Source: Rhynchobatus australiae (taxonomy: Eukaryota). Taken from it: a stretch of 63,864 bases of DNA. This document shows positions 11,402-22,279 of this stretch, piece by piece. Both the position numbers and the translations under genes were made by a program. The stretch is from contig JAUZTB010000065.1 in the NCBI GenBank assembly GCA_034780895.1, positions 27,636,144 to 27,700,007 on the forward strand. Reading direction: 5' to 3'. The notes below the pieces were generated by a model. That model was not told the origin of the DNA, made no database searches, and saw only the letters and a list, made by a program, of their open reading frames with translations. Every line of letters starts with the position of its first letter. Position 1 is the stretch's first letter.

Positions 11402-12867
11402 ATAAACCAGATTCACAATCTTAAGCTTTCAAGTTCTTTCAAAAGTGGTGGCTTGATCACTCCAGAGGAAAATCCCGAGGCAGTGAGGCACTGGAGATAT
11501 AGGATTGCAATCTGTTTCTCTCCTCTGCCCACCAGTATCGACCAGTAGCAGATGGTAAGGGACATAGAATTCTAGCCTCATTAGTATCAGCTGAAATTAA
11601 ACTGAGCTTCCAGAGTGAAAGGACATGTTAGTCTTGTGTTTGAACTAGCTCTCATTACATTGATTGTCAAACATAAGGATTTATTTTCTATATGTGAAGT
11701 GAGTGCAGTGGAAAACCCAGATACAAATTATTAAATTGTTTTATTCTACAGTTAGTAAGTGAACAAGCATACTGACAGCTGTAATAAAATTTTGCCTCAA
11801 TTCAATTAACTTCCTAACCCTCTTTGAGAACAAGATGAATAATGAAAATGCACTACACAGTCCTGATTAGGGCCTCTCTTAATTTTCNNNNNNNNNNGTC
11901 ACCACTTGGTCTCGGTCTGAAGGAATGAATTTCCCCTCATTCAGCCACACTACATTCCCAAAGCCAGCTGGCTAACAGCAGCTTATGAGGCTTTCCTCTT
12001 CTATTCCCGTCTGCATACACACAATGATGTGTTCCCAACTTCTCTATCATTGGCAGCAGTCAAGCTGCAATGTTAGCAAACATCAGAACTCACTTTAATC
12101 AAATCGACCCCATCACAATAGGGGCAAATTGTTTGTAAAACCATCTGAGCAGAGATTTTAAAACTCCTTTACTGTTGGGGCCCNNNNNNNNNNNNNNNNN
12201 NNNNNNNNNNNNNNNNNNNNNNNNNNNNNNNNNNNNNNNNNNNNNNNNNNNNNNNNNNNNNNNNNNNNNNNNNNNNNNNNNNNCTTTAAGTTTACCCCCC
12301 CCCCCCCATTATTTTGGCAATCTTTAGAATGCAGGGCTCTTAATATCTTAAAATCTCTTCTGACAATTGGCTACAGCCTGTGGATTTTCTAAACCCAAGG
12401 GGATTCAATTGTTTTTAAAACTCAATGGTTAAGTTTAACTTATTTTTAAATGCTTTTGGCAGCCATGAATTAATGAAACATGACAGGCCCAGAAAGGAAA
12501 TTTGAGTGTGCAGATAAAACTCCATTTGGTATTATCATTGAATCAGGTTACAAACAGATTAATGTTAAATGGAAAACACAAATCCATTTGTTTCTTTCCT
12601 TGAATAATGGAGCCACAGAGTGTAATGCAGTCTATCCAATAAGGACTTATTTCCATGACTAAATAGCTACTGGAACCCAGGTGAATCAAAGGATATGGTA
12701 TCACTAGCTGAATTCAGTAGTTAAAAAGACTCCAACAGCCACGGTATGGACATTCTGGGTATGCCTCCTGCTGTGTACGAAATGCAAAAAGCAAAGAACT
12801 GTCACTGATATCAATCTATGAACTACCAAATGGGAAATCTGGGAAATTACCAAATGGGAAGTAACAG

Positions 12868-13345
12868 CAGAAAGTTGTGGACACAGCCCAACGCATCACG
12901 GAAACCAGCTTCCCCTCCATGGACTCTGTCTATACCTGTCGCTGCCTTGGTGAAGCAGCTAGCATAATCAAAGACCCCACCCATCTGGATCATTCTCTCT
13001 TCTCTCCTCTCTCATCAGGTAGATACAGGAGCCTAAGGGCACATACCACCAGGCTCAAGGACAGGTTCTATCCCATTGTGATAAGACTTTTGAACAGTTC
13101 TTGACCTTGACCTCATACGGACTCTAGACCTCACAATCTACATTGTTTGACCTTGCACCTTATTGTCTACCTGCAATGCACTTCCCTGTAACTGTGACAC
13201 TTTACTCTGTATTCTGTTATTTTCTTTACCCTGTACTACCTAAAAGCACTGTGTAATGAATTGAGCTGTACAAACGGTATGCAAGACAAGCTTTTCGCTG
13301 TACCTTGGTAGAAGTGACAATAATAAACCAATACCAATACCAAAT
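12868..13345 (+). mobile_element. Rex1/Babar-like LINE 3' end
   Basis: Peptide VVDTAQRITETSFPSMDSVYTCRCLGEAASIIKDPTH...RLKDRFYPIVIRLLN; tail aataaaccaataccaatacc. Confidence 0.85.
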
Positions 13346-13659
13346 CTGAATTCTTGGAACCAATGACACAACCAAATATTATTCAGTTGTCATTGATTTT
13401 AGCAATCTCAGTAGTAACTGGAAATACAACATTATTGATGAAGGTAAACTATTGGTAATAACTTGAGTGAAAACAAACCAGCTATGCCTGATTTGTGACT
13501 TCAAAGATCCAAAGTTCCACCAATGTTGCTAATTAGAAATAAGGCTACAATCCTGACGGTTCTTTTGTCAGCTTCAGCATTGCAGCATTAAACTGCATGG
13601 TGCTCATGCATCCAATCCCACATTCTCAACACCTGCATGGTTCCATCCAGTTGCACACA

Positions 13660-15560
13660 AAATTGTACCTTTCCAATACTGCTTCAATTTCAAGCAGGCA
13701 AACTGGCATAATTTCACAATGTCCCTTGACAAAGCAATGATAGACATCAAACCTCACCCAGAAATCTAGGAACAGTTTGTAAACATGGGAAAATATGCTG
13801 CCAGAAAACATATTTCGCAAGGCCATGGAACAAACTACAGAGCACAATACACTAAAAAGCCGACCACCACTTACATATAAAAATGATCCTCTTGCAGAGG
13901 ATATTATTGCAAAGGGAGAAGAGCTTGTTGTTGGACTGACAGAAGGAGACTTTATGGCAGAAACTGACAGAAAACACAAACATGATACACAATCGCAAGA
14001 AAGTTTGGTAAATAATTAAAAAACAAGTAATAAACCATACATTAACAACACAGCAACATTACCAGATGGCAGACCAACTGCTTAAAAATGGCAAACCTCC
14101 AAATAAACAGCAGAAAAGGAAACTGCAAGGGGACGGGCAGGAATAAGGAAACAATTTTAATGACCACTTCACAGCAGCTGAAATGGAAATAGCCATTAAC
14201 AACTCGAAGACTGGAATAGCTGATGTGAGTTCTTCATACCTATGTGAGGTCTAATGGCTTTATCCAAGATTTGGAGAAAAATACATATCTTCTGAAGCAA
14301 AGTAAAGATCCCTCAGACCCAGACAGCTTTCAGTCATTTTCATTGCTTTGCCATCTTTACAGACTTTAAAACTGCACCATCCTAATCTTGATCCCACCCA
14401 CTCCAGGAAGGCAACTCAATCCCAGACAACCATGCAAGTCATGCTAAATCTGACCCAATGTATTAAAGTTAGCTTTGAGGAAAAAACATCACTGATGTCA
14501 CTTTTATTAGCCCCTCAATAACATTCAATTTTCAAATCTTGCTTTGAAAGATCTACAACATGATGAGGGACCATCGGCTGATGTGTAAGTCTAATAATAT
14601 GTAAAACAACCTCATCAATCATGAAGGAAAATGTCATTGCCAGCACTTGTAAGGTAACAGTCTCCATTAGCACTCCCCACCCTGCCACTCCTCCATCCCA
14701 ACCCCCAGGATGTGTACCTTGCTCTTTACTCTTTAATATTTCTACAAATGACAAACCAATCCTCCACCAATTGTCTTGCAACAGCAATGCAAGAAGAGGA
14801 TTTAGCGCAGATCAAACACATTAACCAGGCAAACAATGCTGTTAATTAACTTCAACTGAACCAAAATAAAAAAGCTTAGAATAATCCACCTATGTGATTG
14901 TGAAGTGAATAAAATGTGGAACATCAAATGGAACAGTGCCCACCTCAATCACTGTTTAAACCCACTTTACCTCTAAGTAACCCCAGACTTCACTCAGTTA
15001 AGGAAATGAGACAGTGATTCATTGAGCAAAACAACCTCATCCAGAAAAAGCTTTGCAAATTCAAAATGAGGGATAGGGAGCACACCAACGCATGACTGGA
15101 ACCTCCATGCTTGCCCTACTTTCCTCCAGTGCCAAGTATCATGGCCTGGTATGACAATGAAGTACCCATGCAAAAAAAAAATCATTCATGTGAGGAATAA
15201 AAGCCACAGAATCATCATTGGCTGCCTTAAGCCAATGAATGTCAATAGCTTGTAATCCCCAGAGATGTGGCCATCCAGGGAGATGGAAATAGCAAACAGC
15301 CATGCTGGGCATCCTCTACATTGCCGCAGCACTACAGAAGAATATCTGAAGTTGTGCAGGAGCTTCCTCACAGTAACACAAGTAGTCAGCACTCCACTAC
15401 AATCACCCCCGAAGAGCTGCAGCAGACGTGACATGCAGACCTCAACAATGAGATCAGCACAGGCAGACCAGCTTCTTCTTGGGGTGGAGAAGAAATGGTC
15501 CAACTGGAATGTCCTAAGCACCCAGTGTACCCAAGGTAGCCAGTCAAGAGCAGACGTGGT
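13660..15560 (+). mobile_element. Degraded non-LTR retrotransposon, I/Jockey-group-like (clade uncertain)
   Basis: Broken peptides FTAAEMEIAINNSKTG, KDPSDPDSFQSFSLLCHLYRL, LLFNISTNDKP, STHAKK, RIIIGCLKP. Confidence 0.7.
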
Positions 15561-15849
15561 GAAATGGGGCTAGACTACAATACTCCAGACTTATGATGAT
15601 GCTGAGAGATAGACCACGCAGGACCTTTTGGTTTGCTCAGTGCTCGGGAATGGGCCATGCTCAGTTCAGGATCATGCCGAGACTAGTTCATGAGCTTTGT
15701 ATTGAACCCATCGATGAAGGAACTATGACTTTGGTGGACGGGCACAAGAGGAAGGAAAAAGGATGTGCAAATCAGATAGAAAAGTTAAGGTGAGGTAACC
15801 CAGCCAAGGAGCCATGAGGCCTACTCCAAAGAAAATTGCAGAATGGTAA

Positions 15850-16100
15850 GAGAACTGTAGGTGGTCATTCGGTCCTTCACGTCCATGTCAGCTCTGAGCA
15901 ATGAAGCTTTATCCCTGAGCCATGCCCTGCCTTTCTTTCAAGTATCAATCTAATCCTTTTTGAAAGCAATACTACAGGTGTGATCAAACCAGAGTTTTAT
16001 AAATGTTCATTACAGTTTCCTCATTTTTATACTTCATGCCTCTACTTTTATGAGGCACAAAATTTCAGAAGCTTTTTTCACCATTTTCTCAAGCTGCCCT
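15850..16100 (-). mobile_element. Old CR1 fragments
   Basis: Degraded similarity to the reverse complement of CR1 3' end and ORF2 C-terminus. Confidence 0.45.
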
Positions 16101-16244
16101 ACTTCCATCAAGAAATATATTCTTGTCAGCTAACTATTTGATCATATGTGTGTTCAAACCATTCCAGTGGTTCATGGGTGCACAGCACAAGATTGTTCCT
16201 AATTTACAAACAAGTCAGTGATCACAGAAACCACAAGAAAATAC

Positions 16245-16417
16245 CTCACACTGCTGTAAAGGAAGCTGACTTTGTAACATCAGATCTGAAAGGCTTTGTG
16301 AAGACACAGGAGTCCAGAGTTAGGAGGCTTTTATATTTCTTAGCATCACCATCTCTTATTTTGACATTCAGAAATGATGCAGGAAGTAATTTAACGGATC
16401 AATTACCATTAGCACTT
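16245..16417 (-). pseudogene. Candidate exon of the minus-strand gene, with in-frame stops
   Basis: Very strong acceptor ttttttatatttttttcttcag, donor GAG|gtattt. Best frame SANGN*SVKLLPASFLNVKIRDGDAKKYKSLLTLDSCVFTKPFRSDVTKSASFTAV*; no frame is fully open. Confidence 0.45.
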
Positions 16418-16577
16418 CTGAAGAAAAAAATATAAAAAAGAATATTGGAAAAGGGACCCGGTTTCAACTGATAAAGGTATAAGTAATGGTAATCAAGAGA
16501 ATAGAGAAAGGACGGACACTCTGAACAGACAATAAAATTAACTTCAGGAAACTTTTAGCAAATGAGAAGATATTTCA

Positions 16578-17173
16578 GGAGAAACGAAAGACTGCAGAAC
16601 ACCTGAGCTCCATCAGCAACAGCAATCTGCATCTCCCTATTGCCAGTCACTTCAATTCCCCCTCCATCACAGATACATCCGTCCTCAGCCTCCTCCACTG
16701 CCAGAAGTCCAAACGCAAATTGAAGGAACAGCACCTCATTTTGTGTCTTGGAACCTTGCAGCCTAACGGCATTGAATTCTCCCACTTTAATCCCTACAAA
16801 CCCCACAATGCCTCTTTTTCCTNNNNNNNNNNNNNNNNNNNNNNNNNNNNNNNNNNNNNNNNNNNNNNNNNNNNNNNNNNNNNNNNNNNNNNNNNNNNNN
16901 NNNNNNNNNNNNNNNNNNNNNNNNNNGGTGGATCTCCTCTCCCCTCCTCCCCCACACCTGCCTATCACTATCTCTTACCTGCATAGACCTATCACCACCC
17001 TGTGCTCACCCTGCCTCCTCTCTTTTGTCCACCTATCACTGCTCTGCTTTTCCTCCTATATATTGGGCTTCCCCTTTTCCTACCTTCAGTCCTGAAGAAA
17101 GGTTCTGACCCGAAACGTTGACTGGCTGCTTTTCTCCACAGATGCTCCCTGACCTGCTGAGTTCCTCCAGCAT
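16578..17173 (+). mobile_element. Penelope-like retroelement 3' fragment (GIY-YIG C-terminus plus pLTR)
   Basis: LPIASHFNSP...KRKLKEQHLILCLGTLQPNG is typical of the PLE GIY-YIG end. It is followed by a pyrimidine-rich UTR and pLTR, and flanked by caaat(t)gagaagatatttca direct repeats. Confidence 0.88.
17087..17124 (+). ncRNA. Minimal hammerhead ribozyme motif (PLE-type)
   Basis: cagtc-CTGAAGA-a-aggttctgaccc-GAAAC-GTT-gactg: stem I cagtc/gactg, conserved core boxes, short stem II, palindromic ACGT stem III. The stem II closing pair is A-C rather than G-C. Confidence 0.75.
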
Positions 17174-17363
17174 CAAATTGAGAAGATATTTCATCCCATC
17201 ATAGCACATTGTACTACACTGTCTAATTTTATTTCCTTTATAGAGTTCTGAATTTCCCTTTTTGTCCTTTTGGAGCAGGGTTTGTTTTGTACCCCTACCA
17301 CCCCACCTACCCACTCCACCTAAATGATGGCTGCACAAGTCCCTGTCAAAGTGTGGGGCTTAC

Positions 17364-17460
17364 CACCAAGGACTGGACAGCCCTGAGAGTGGAAGTTGTT
17401 GCAAAGCACATGCAGACTTTATCTGTAAGTCCACACTGACCATGGGAACTTTGCTGTTGA
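17364..17460 (-). other. Candidate exon of the minus-strand gene
   Basis: Acceptor ttattgttttacag, donor GTG|gtaagc. 97 nt; phase 0 has a TAA while phases 1 and 2 are open, so the frame is unresolved. Confidence 0.45.
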
Positions 17461-17577
17461 CTGTAAAACAATAATACAAAGTAAATTAATATTTCCTTTA
17501 TTCACTTTTACCTAAATTATTTTTGTACTACAATACCATGCATGGCCACTCATTTGCACAAACAGAACTACACTTAC

Positions 17578-17618
17578 CACCATAAGAATACTATTTAAAT
17601 CTTGTTGGTAAGCAAACA
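17578..17618 (-). other. Candidate exon of the minus-strand gene
   Basis: Acceptor cacttctcctcag, donor GTG|gtaagt. 41 nt; only phase 1-0 is open (FAYQQDLNSILMV). Confidence 0.5.
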
Positions 17619-17684
17619 CTGAGGAGAAGTGCAACAAGCTCTGCCAATGTAAATGTTATTAAGAATAATAATAGTGAATATTTG

Positions 17685-17895
17685 GAATGAACTGCCAGAG
17701 GAGGTGGAAGAGACAGTAACAATTACAACATTACAACTTTTAAGAGGCGTTTGGACAGGTACTTAGATGGGAAAGGCATGGAGGGATACAGGCCTAATGC
17801 AGGTAAATGGGATTAATATAGATGGACATTATGGTCGGTGAGCATAAACTGGGCCAAAAGGGCTCCTTTCTGTGCTGTATGTTTCTATGATTCTA
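17685..17895 (+). mobile_element. CR1/HER1-type LINE 3' end
   Basis: WNELPEEVEE...FKRRLDRYLD and tail ctgtgctgtatgtttctatgattctat. Confidence 0.85.
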
Positions 17896-18499
17896 TTCCA
17901 TGATAGGAGTCCCTATATATTACANNNNNNNNNNNNNNNNNNNNNNNNNNNNNNNNNNNNNNNNNNNNNNNNNNNNNNNNNNNNNNNNNNNNNNNNNNNN
18001 NNNNNNNNNNNNNNNNNNNNNNNNNNNNNNNNNNNNNNNNNNNNNNNNNNNNNNNNNNNNNNNNNNNNNNNNNNNNNNNNNNNNNNNNNNNNNNNNNNNN
18101 NNNNNNNNNNNNNNNNNNNNNNNNNNNNNNNNNNNNNNNNNNNNNNNNNNNNNNNNNNNNNNNNNNNNNNNNNNNNNNNNNNNNNNNNNNNNNNNNNNNN
18201 NNNNNNNNNNNNNNNNNNNNNNNNNNNNNNNNNNNNNNNNNNNNNNNNNNNNNNNNNNNNNNNNNNNNNNNNNNNNNNNNNNNNNNNNNNNNNNNNNNNN
18301 NNNNNNNNNNNNNNNNNNNNNNNNNNNNNNNNNNNNNNNNNNNNNNNNNNNNNNNNNNNNNNNNNNNNNNNNNNNNNNNNNNNNNNNNNNNNNNNNNNNN
18401 NNNNNNNNNNNNNNNNNNNNNNNNNNNNNNNNNNNNNNNNNNNNNNNNNNNNNNNNNNNNNNNNNNNNNNNNNNNNNNNNNNNNNNNNNGTGCTGACCG

Positions 18500-18660
18500 T
18501 GGTTCTGACTGTATTCTTATCTCCATCTTAAATTGGTGACCCCTTATTCTAATATTATGCCCCTATATATCTCCACAACGGAAAGCATCTTCTCAGCAGC
18601 CATCCTGACAATCTCCTTCAGAATCTGACATGTTTCATTAACATCACCTCTGATTCTTTT
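18500..18660 (-). mobile_element. CR1 fragment
   Basis: Reverse complement of RGDVNETCQILK-type ORF2 C-terminus, next to a gap. Confidence 0.6.
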
Positions 18661-19200
18661 TAAAGATCTCCTCAGAACACCAGTGTGTATTTTTTTTCAT
18701 GATTATGTATTTAACTGGTGACATTGTCTTGGAGTCAATGGAAGATGATGGAATAATTTACAGGAACATAGTACAATGCGCTCATATTGTTATGCAACGC
18801 ACTTAGCACTACTGATAGAGGTGAATTTCCAGGTGTGTTAGAAAATAGTGTTCAGTGGATGCCTGTGCCCTTGCTGTTTTTATCTCTATTGCCAAAGGAA
18901 CAAAGGTGATAAATAATGTCAACAACTGCCACTTAATCAGCAACACAAGAAAGAAACATTAATTGCAATTCAAAGGACAAAAAGTAATTAATACAGAAAC
19001 GTGATTTTTGTCCAACAAAATATATACTGTAAGCAATATATTGAACACTATGTCAGTTTCTGTTATATTAACATACTTATATTTTCAAAGTCATATAACT
19101 TATTCTTTCACTATGGGGTTAAAATTAAATATTTCTGATGGTTAGATATTTGCCTCCAGTTTCACTTTGAATGCTGTTTTTTAAATGCAATATGGCATAC

Positions 19201-19393
19201 TGGTATGACTTTCTTCGACAGGAATGCCAAATACTTCACCCTGTCATATGTTAACTCTGAATTTAATTATCTCTGAACTACTTTCTTCTNNNNNNNNNNN
19301 NNNNNNNNNNNNNNNNNNNNNNNNNNNNNNNNNNNNNNNNNNNNNNNNNNNNNNNNNNNNNNNNNNNNNNNNNNNNNNNNNNNNNNNNNTCTT
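19201..19393 (-). pseudogene. Candidate exon of the minus-strand gene spanning a gap, with in-frame TGA
   Basis: Acceptor atttatttccatgcag at 19394, donor CCA|gtatgc. If the gap is closed on the shared TCTTCT, phase 1-1 reads EESSSEIIKFRVNI*QGEVFGIPVEESHT (TGA at 19244-19246). Confidence 0.4.
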
Positions 19394-19999
19394 CTGCATG
19401 GAAATAAATGTCAGTTTTCAGATTTTGAAAATGATTTCTATGTATTATTTTCAAGAAAACATCTTTAAAAAACATTTTCATTTGTTATGCAAACATATTT
19501 TGTGGATGTGATAGGAATCATGATACAAATATAAATGACATGAATACAGAATACACTAAAGATTAGCACTCAGTTAATTCCAAATCTTAACTGAATTAAC
19601 TTGGATTTATTTGAATTCTTATGTTGAAATGAGTCTTGACTTTGACCATCCAGATAAGAAGTTAGGGCCTTTCTTAAATTAATGTTGCTGTGAATGTGTA
19701 ATCTTGGACTCTAGAAAGAGACACGCTTTTTGAATTCTAATTTTAGGTTCTGATAGCTGGAAACTGGACTTCAGTTATGAATCAGGACATGTGATTCTGT
19801 ATGTGCACCATCTGAAACAACTCAGGCCAACAGTACTTCAGCTTCTTCACAGGAGTGAACAAAATGTGCATTCTTCTCAACTTCACCTTTAGATCAACAG
19901 GCTCAGTTCCATTACTTTAATGTGTACAATATTAGGTTTCTGCTGCAAAGCAGAAATCCAGTTGGGAATCCAGATGCATGAATCAAGAGCAGTACCTTC

Positions 20000-20330
20000 A
20001 CTTAAGATCATCCAGTAGGGAGAGGGGCTGGTAAACTGAATCAATGGAGGATTTGTAAGTAAGGATGAAAATTTTAAAGTTCAGATGTTGCAGAGCAGGG
20101 AATCAATGAAGTGAGCACAATGTGACGGGAGAACAAATGAACTGCTGCACATAACCTAATTGGGTGATTTCAATGAGTTAAAGAAAAGATGGCCAGGAAC
20201 AGTCCAGTTTAGAATTAACCAAGGCATGAATGAGGATTTCAGCAGCTAGTTGATGCAAGGATGTTGTTGGTTATGGAGGTAGAAATAAGTAGTCTTGATA
20301 GTGGAGGGGATATGTTGTAGGAACCACAGC
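20000..20330 (-). mobile_element. L2-type LINE fragment
   Basis: aacagtccagtttagaattaaccaaggcatgaatgaggatttcagcagc is the reverse complement of an AEILIHALVNSKLD (L2-type) motif. Confidence 0.6.
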
Positions 20331-20514
20331 ACAGTGTCACCAAAATTGTATCCCATCTGCTACTTCTTTGCCCGCTCTCCTGACTTTCCAAATCTTTCTG
20401 CAGACTCCCTGCTTACACAACACCACCTGGGCCTCCACCTATCTTTGTATCATCACCAAACATCGCCACAATGCCATCAGTTCCTTCATCCAGTTCATTC
20501 ACATAGAAAGTGAA

Positions 20515-20961
20515 AAGTTGTGGACCCAACACTGACCCCTGTGAAACTCCACTAGTCACTAGCATCCATCTTGAAAAGACCCCTTTATCCCCATTCTCTC
20601 CCTTCTGTCAGTCAGCCAATCTTCTATCCATGCTAGTATCTTGCCTCTAAGTTGGGCTCTTATTTTGTTTAGCTGCCTTGTATGCGGCACCTTGTCAAAG
20701 GCCTTCTGAAAGTCCAAGTAAATATCGCCCACTGACTCTCCTTTGTTATCTCCTCAAAGAACTCTAATATTTGTCAGTCAAGATCTCCCCTTAATGAAAC
20801 CGTGCTGACCTTGCCCTATTTTATCATGTATTTCCAAGTACTACAAAATTTCATCCTTAATAATGGGCTCTAATATCTTCCCAACCACTGAGGTCAGACT
20901 AACCAGCCGATAAATTCCTGTCACTTACCTCCCTCCCTTCTGAAACATGGGTGGGATATTT
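20515..20961 (-). mobile_element. CR1 reverse transcriptase fragment
   Basis: Minus strand DIYLDFQKAFDKVPH and VTSGVSQGSVLGP RT motifs. Confidence 0.88.
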
Positions 20962-21769
20962 NNNNNNNNNNNNNNNNNNNNNNNNNNNNNNNNNNNNNNN
21001 NNNNNNNNNNNNNNNNNNNNNNNNNNNNNNNNNNNNNNNNNNNNNNNNNNNNNNNNNNNNNNNNNNNNNNNNNNNNNNNNNNNNNNNNNNNNNNNNNNNN
21101 NNNNNNNNNNNNNNNNNNNNNNNNNNNNNNNNNNNNNNNNNNNNNNNNNNNNNNNNNNNNNNNNNNNNNNNNNNNNNNNNNNNNNNNNNNNNNNNNNNNN
21201 NNNNNNNNNNNNNNNNNNNNNNNNNNNNNNNNNNNNNNNNNNNNNNNNNNNNNNNNNNNNNNNNNNNNNNNNNNNNNNNNNNNNNNNNNNNNNNNNNNNN
21301 NNNNNNNNNNNNNNNNNNNNNNNNNNNNNNNNNNNNNNNNNNNNNNNNNNNNNNNNNNNNNNNNNNNNNNNNNNNNNNNNNNNNNNNNNNNNNNNNNNNN
21401 NNNNNNNNNNNTTTTTAGTTGTCCTCTGTGGGTTTTTTTCCTAGTTCTCTTTTGCAATTTTATTTCAAAGTGCAAAATAGTTTAATCAGCAGAACTTTGT
21501 TTGGTAAAACATTTTCTATTGCCACTATGGAACCCTGATAGACCAATCACTGAGAGAAAAGTTTCTCATGCTGCCAGAAAAAAAGCATCCCCATAGAAAG
21601 CTGGGATCCCATCTCAAACTTAGGAAGGCACCAACATGCTCCATTTTCTACACGCTTAACCAATAATACCTACTCTACCTCTTTCTAGGGAACTAATGTG
21701 TTCATGAAGAAAACAAGGTAACCGTAACATTACAGTGGCAGCACACAAGGGGGAAAAGTCAACTCAGAC

Positions 21770-21789
21770 CTCCGTGCCAATAAGAGCAT
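21770..21789 (-). CDS. Micro-exon (candidate exon 8) of the unknown minus-strand gene
   Basis: Acceptor cattttacttcatag, donor GAG|gtctga. 20 nt, phase 2-1, (R)CSYWHG; phase fits both neighbours. Confidence 0.4.
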
Positions 21790-21880
21790 CTATGAAGTAA
21801 AATGCCAAACAATATTCAGCTAAATATGTCACATCACTAAGTAAAACAGAGAAAGCAGAGTGAGGATTGGACAAAGTGAC

Positions 21881-22018
21881 CTGTTAGAACTTCTTTTTCC
21901 CTTTGTCTTCGCATATACAGTAACTGTACTGCAGTCTTCCAGATTTCTAATTTGTATTTTCAGTACATTCAATTTCCAAAAATCCCACACCAGATCTCGG
22001 TCATAAAACCACACACAT
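21881..22018 (-). CDS. Exon 7 of the unknown minus-strand gene (GG acceptor)
   Basis: Phase 2-2 open frame (R)CVWFYDRDLVWDFWKLNVLKIQIRNLEDCSTVTVYAKTKGKRSSN. The polypyrimidine tract ends in GG instead of AG; donor CAG|gtcact. Confidence 0.6.
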
Positions 22019-22204
22019 CCAAAAAAAAAGAACAAAATTTACATCTCATTTTATCATCACCTCTGAACTACTTTCTTTTGAATGTTAATCACTTTGCCTA
22101 GAAGCATGTTGGAATAGAAGCTCCGTGGGATTACTCACTTCCTCAAATCCCTCTGCAACCAAAGTGTGTATTTCAGCACGCCAGCCATGGGGAAAACAAA
22201 TTAC

Positions 22205-22279
22205 CTGTCTGATGAATCAAATGTAATGTTTCCAGGTTCCAAAGCAGCAACGCACCTTTTTGCTTTTGCATGTAGTTTG
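22205..22279 (-). CDS. Exon 6 of the unknown minus-strand gene
   Basis: Acceptor ctttctcaccctaactctag, donor CAG|gtaatt. 75 nt, phase 2-2, KLHAKAKRCVAALEPGNITFDSSD. Confidence 0.72.

Noticed and set aside
17872-18531. Long ORFs of 150-230 aa here and at 20921-21475 and 30535-31224
   Set aside because: They consist almost entirely of N gaps.
22139-22152. 14-nt micro-exon with ttgcag acceptor and gtgagt donor
   Set aside because: The preceding intron would be only about 50 nt, and the required phase contains TGA.
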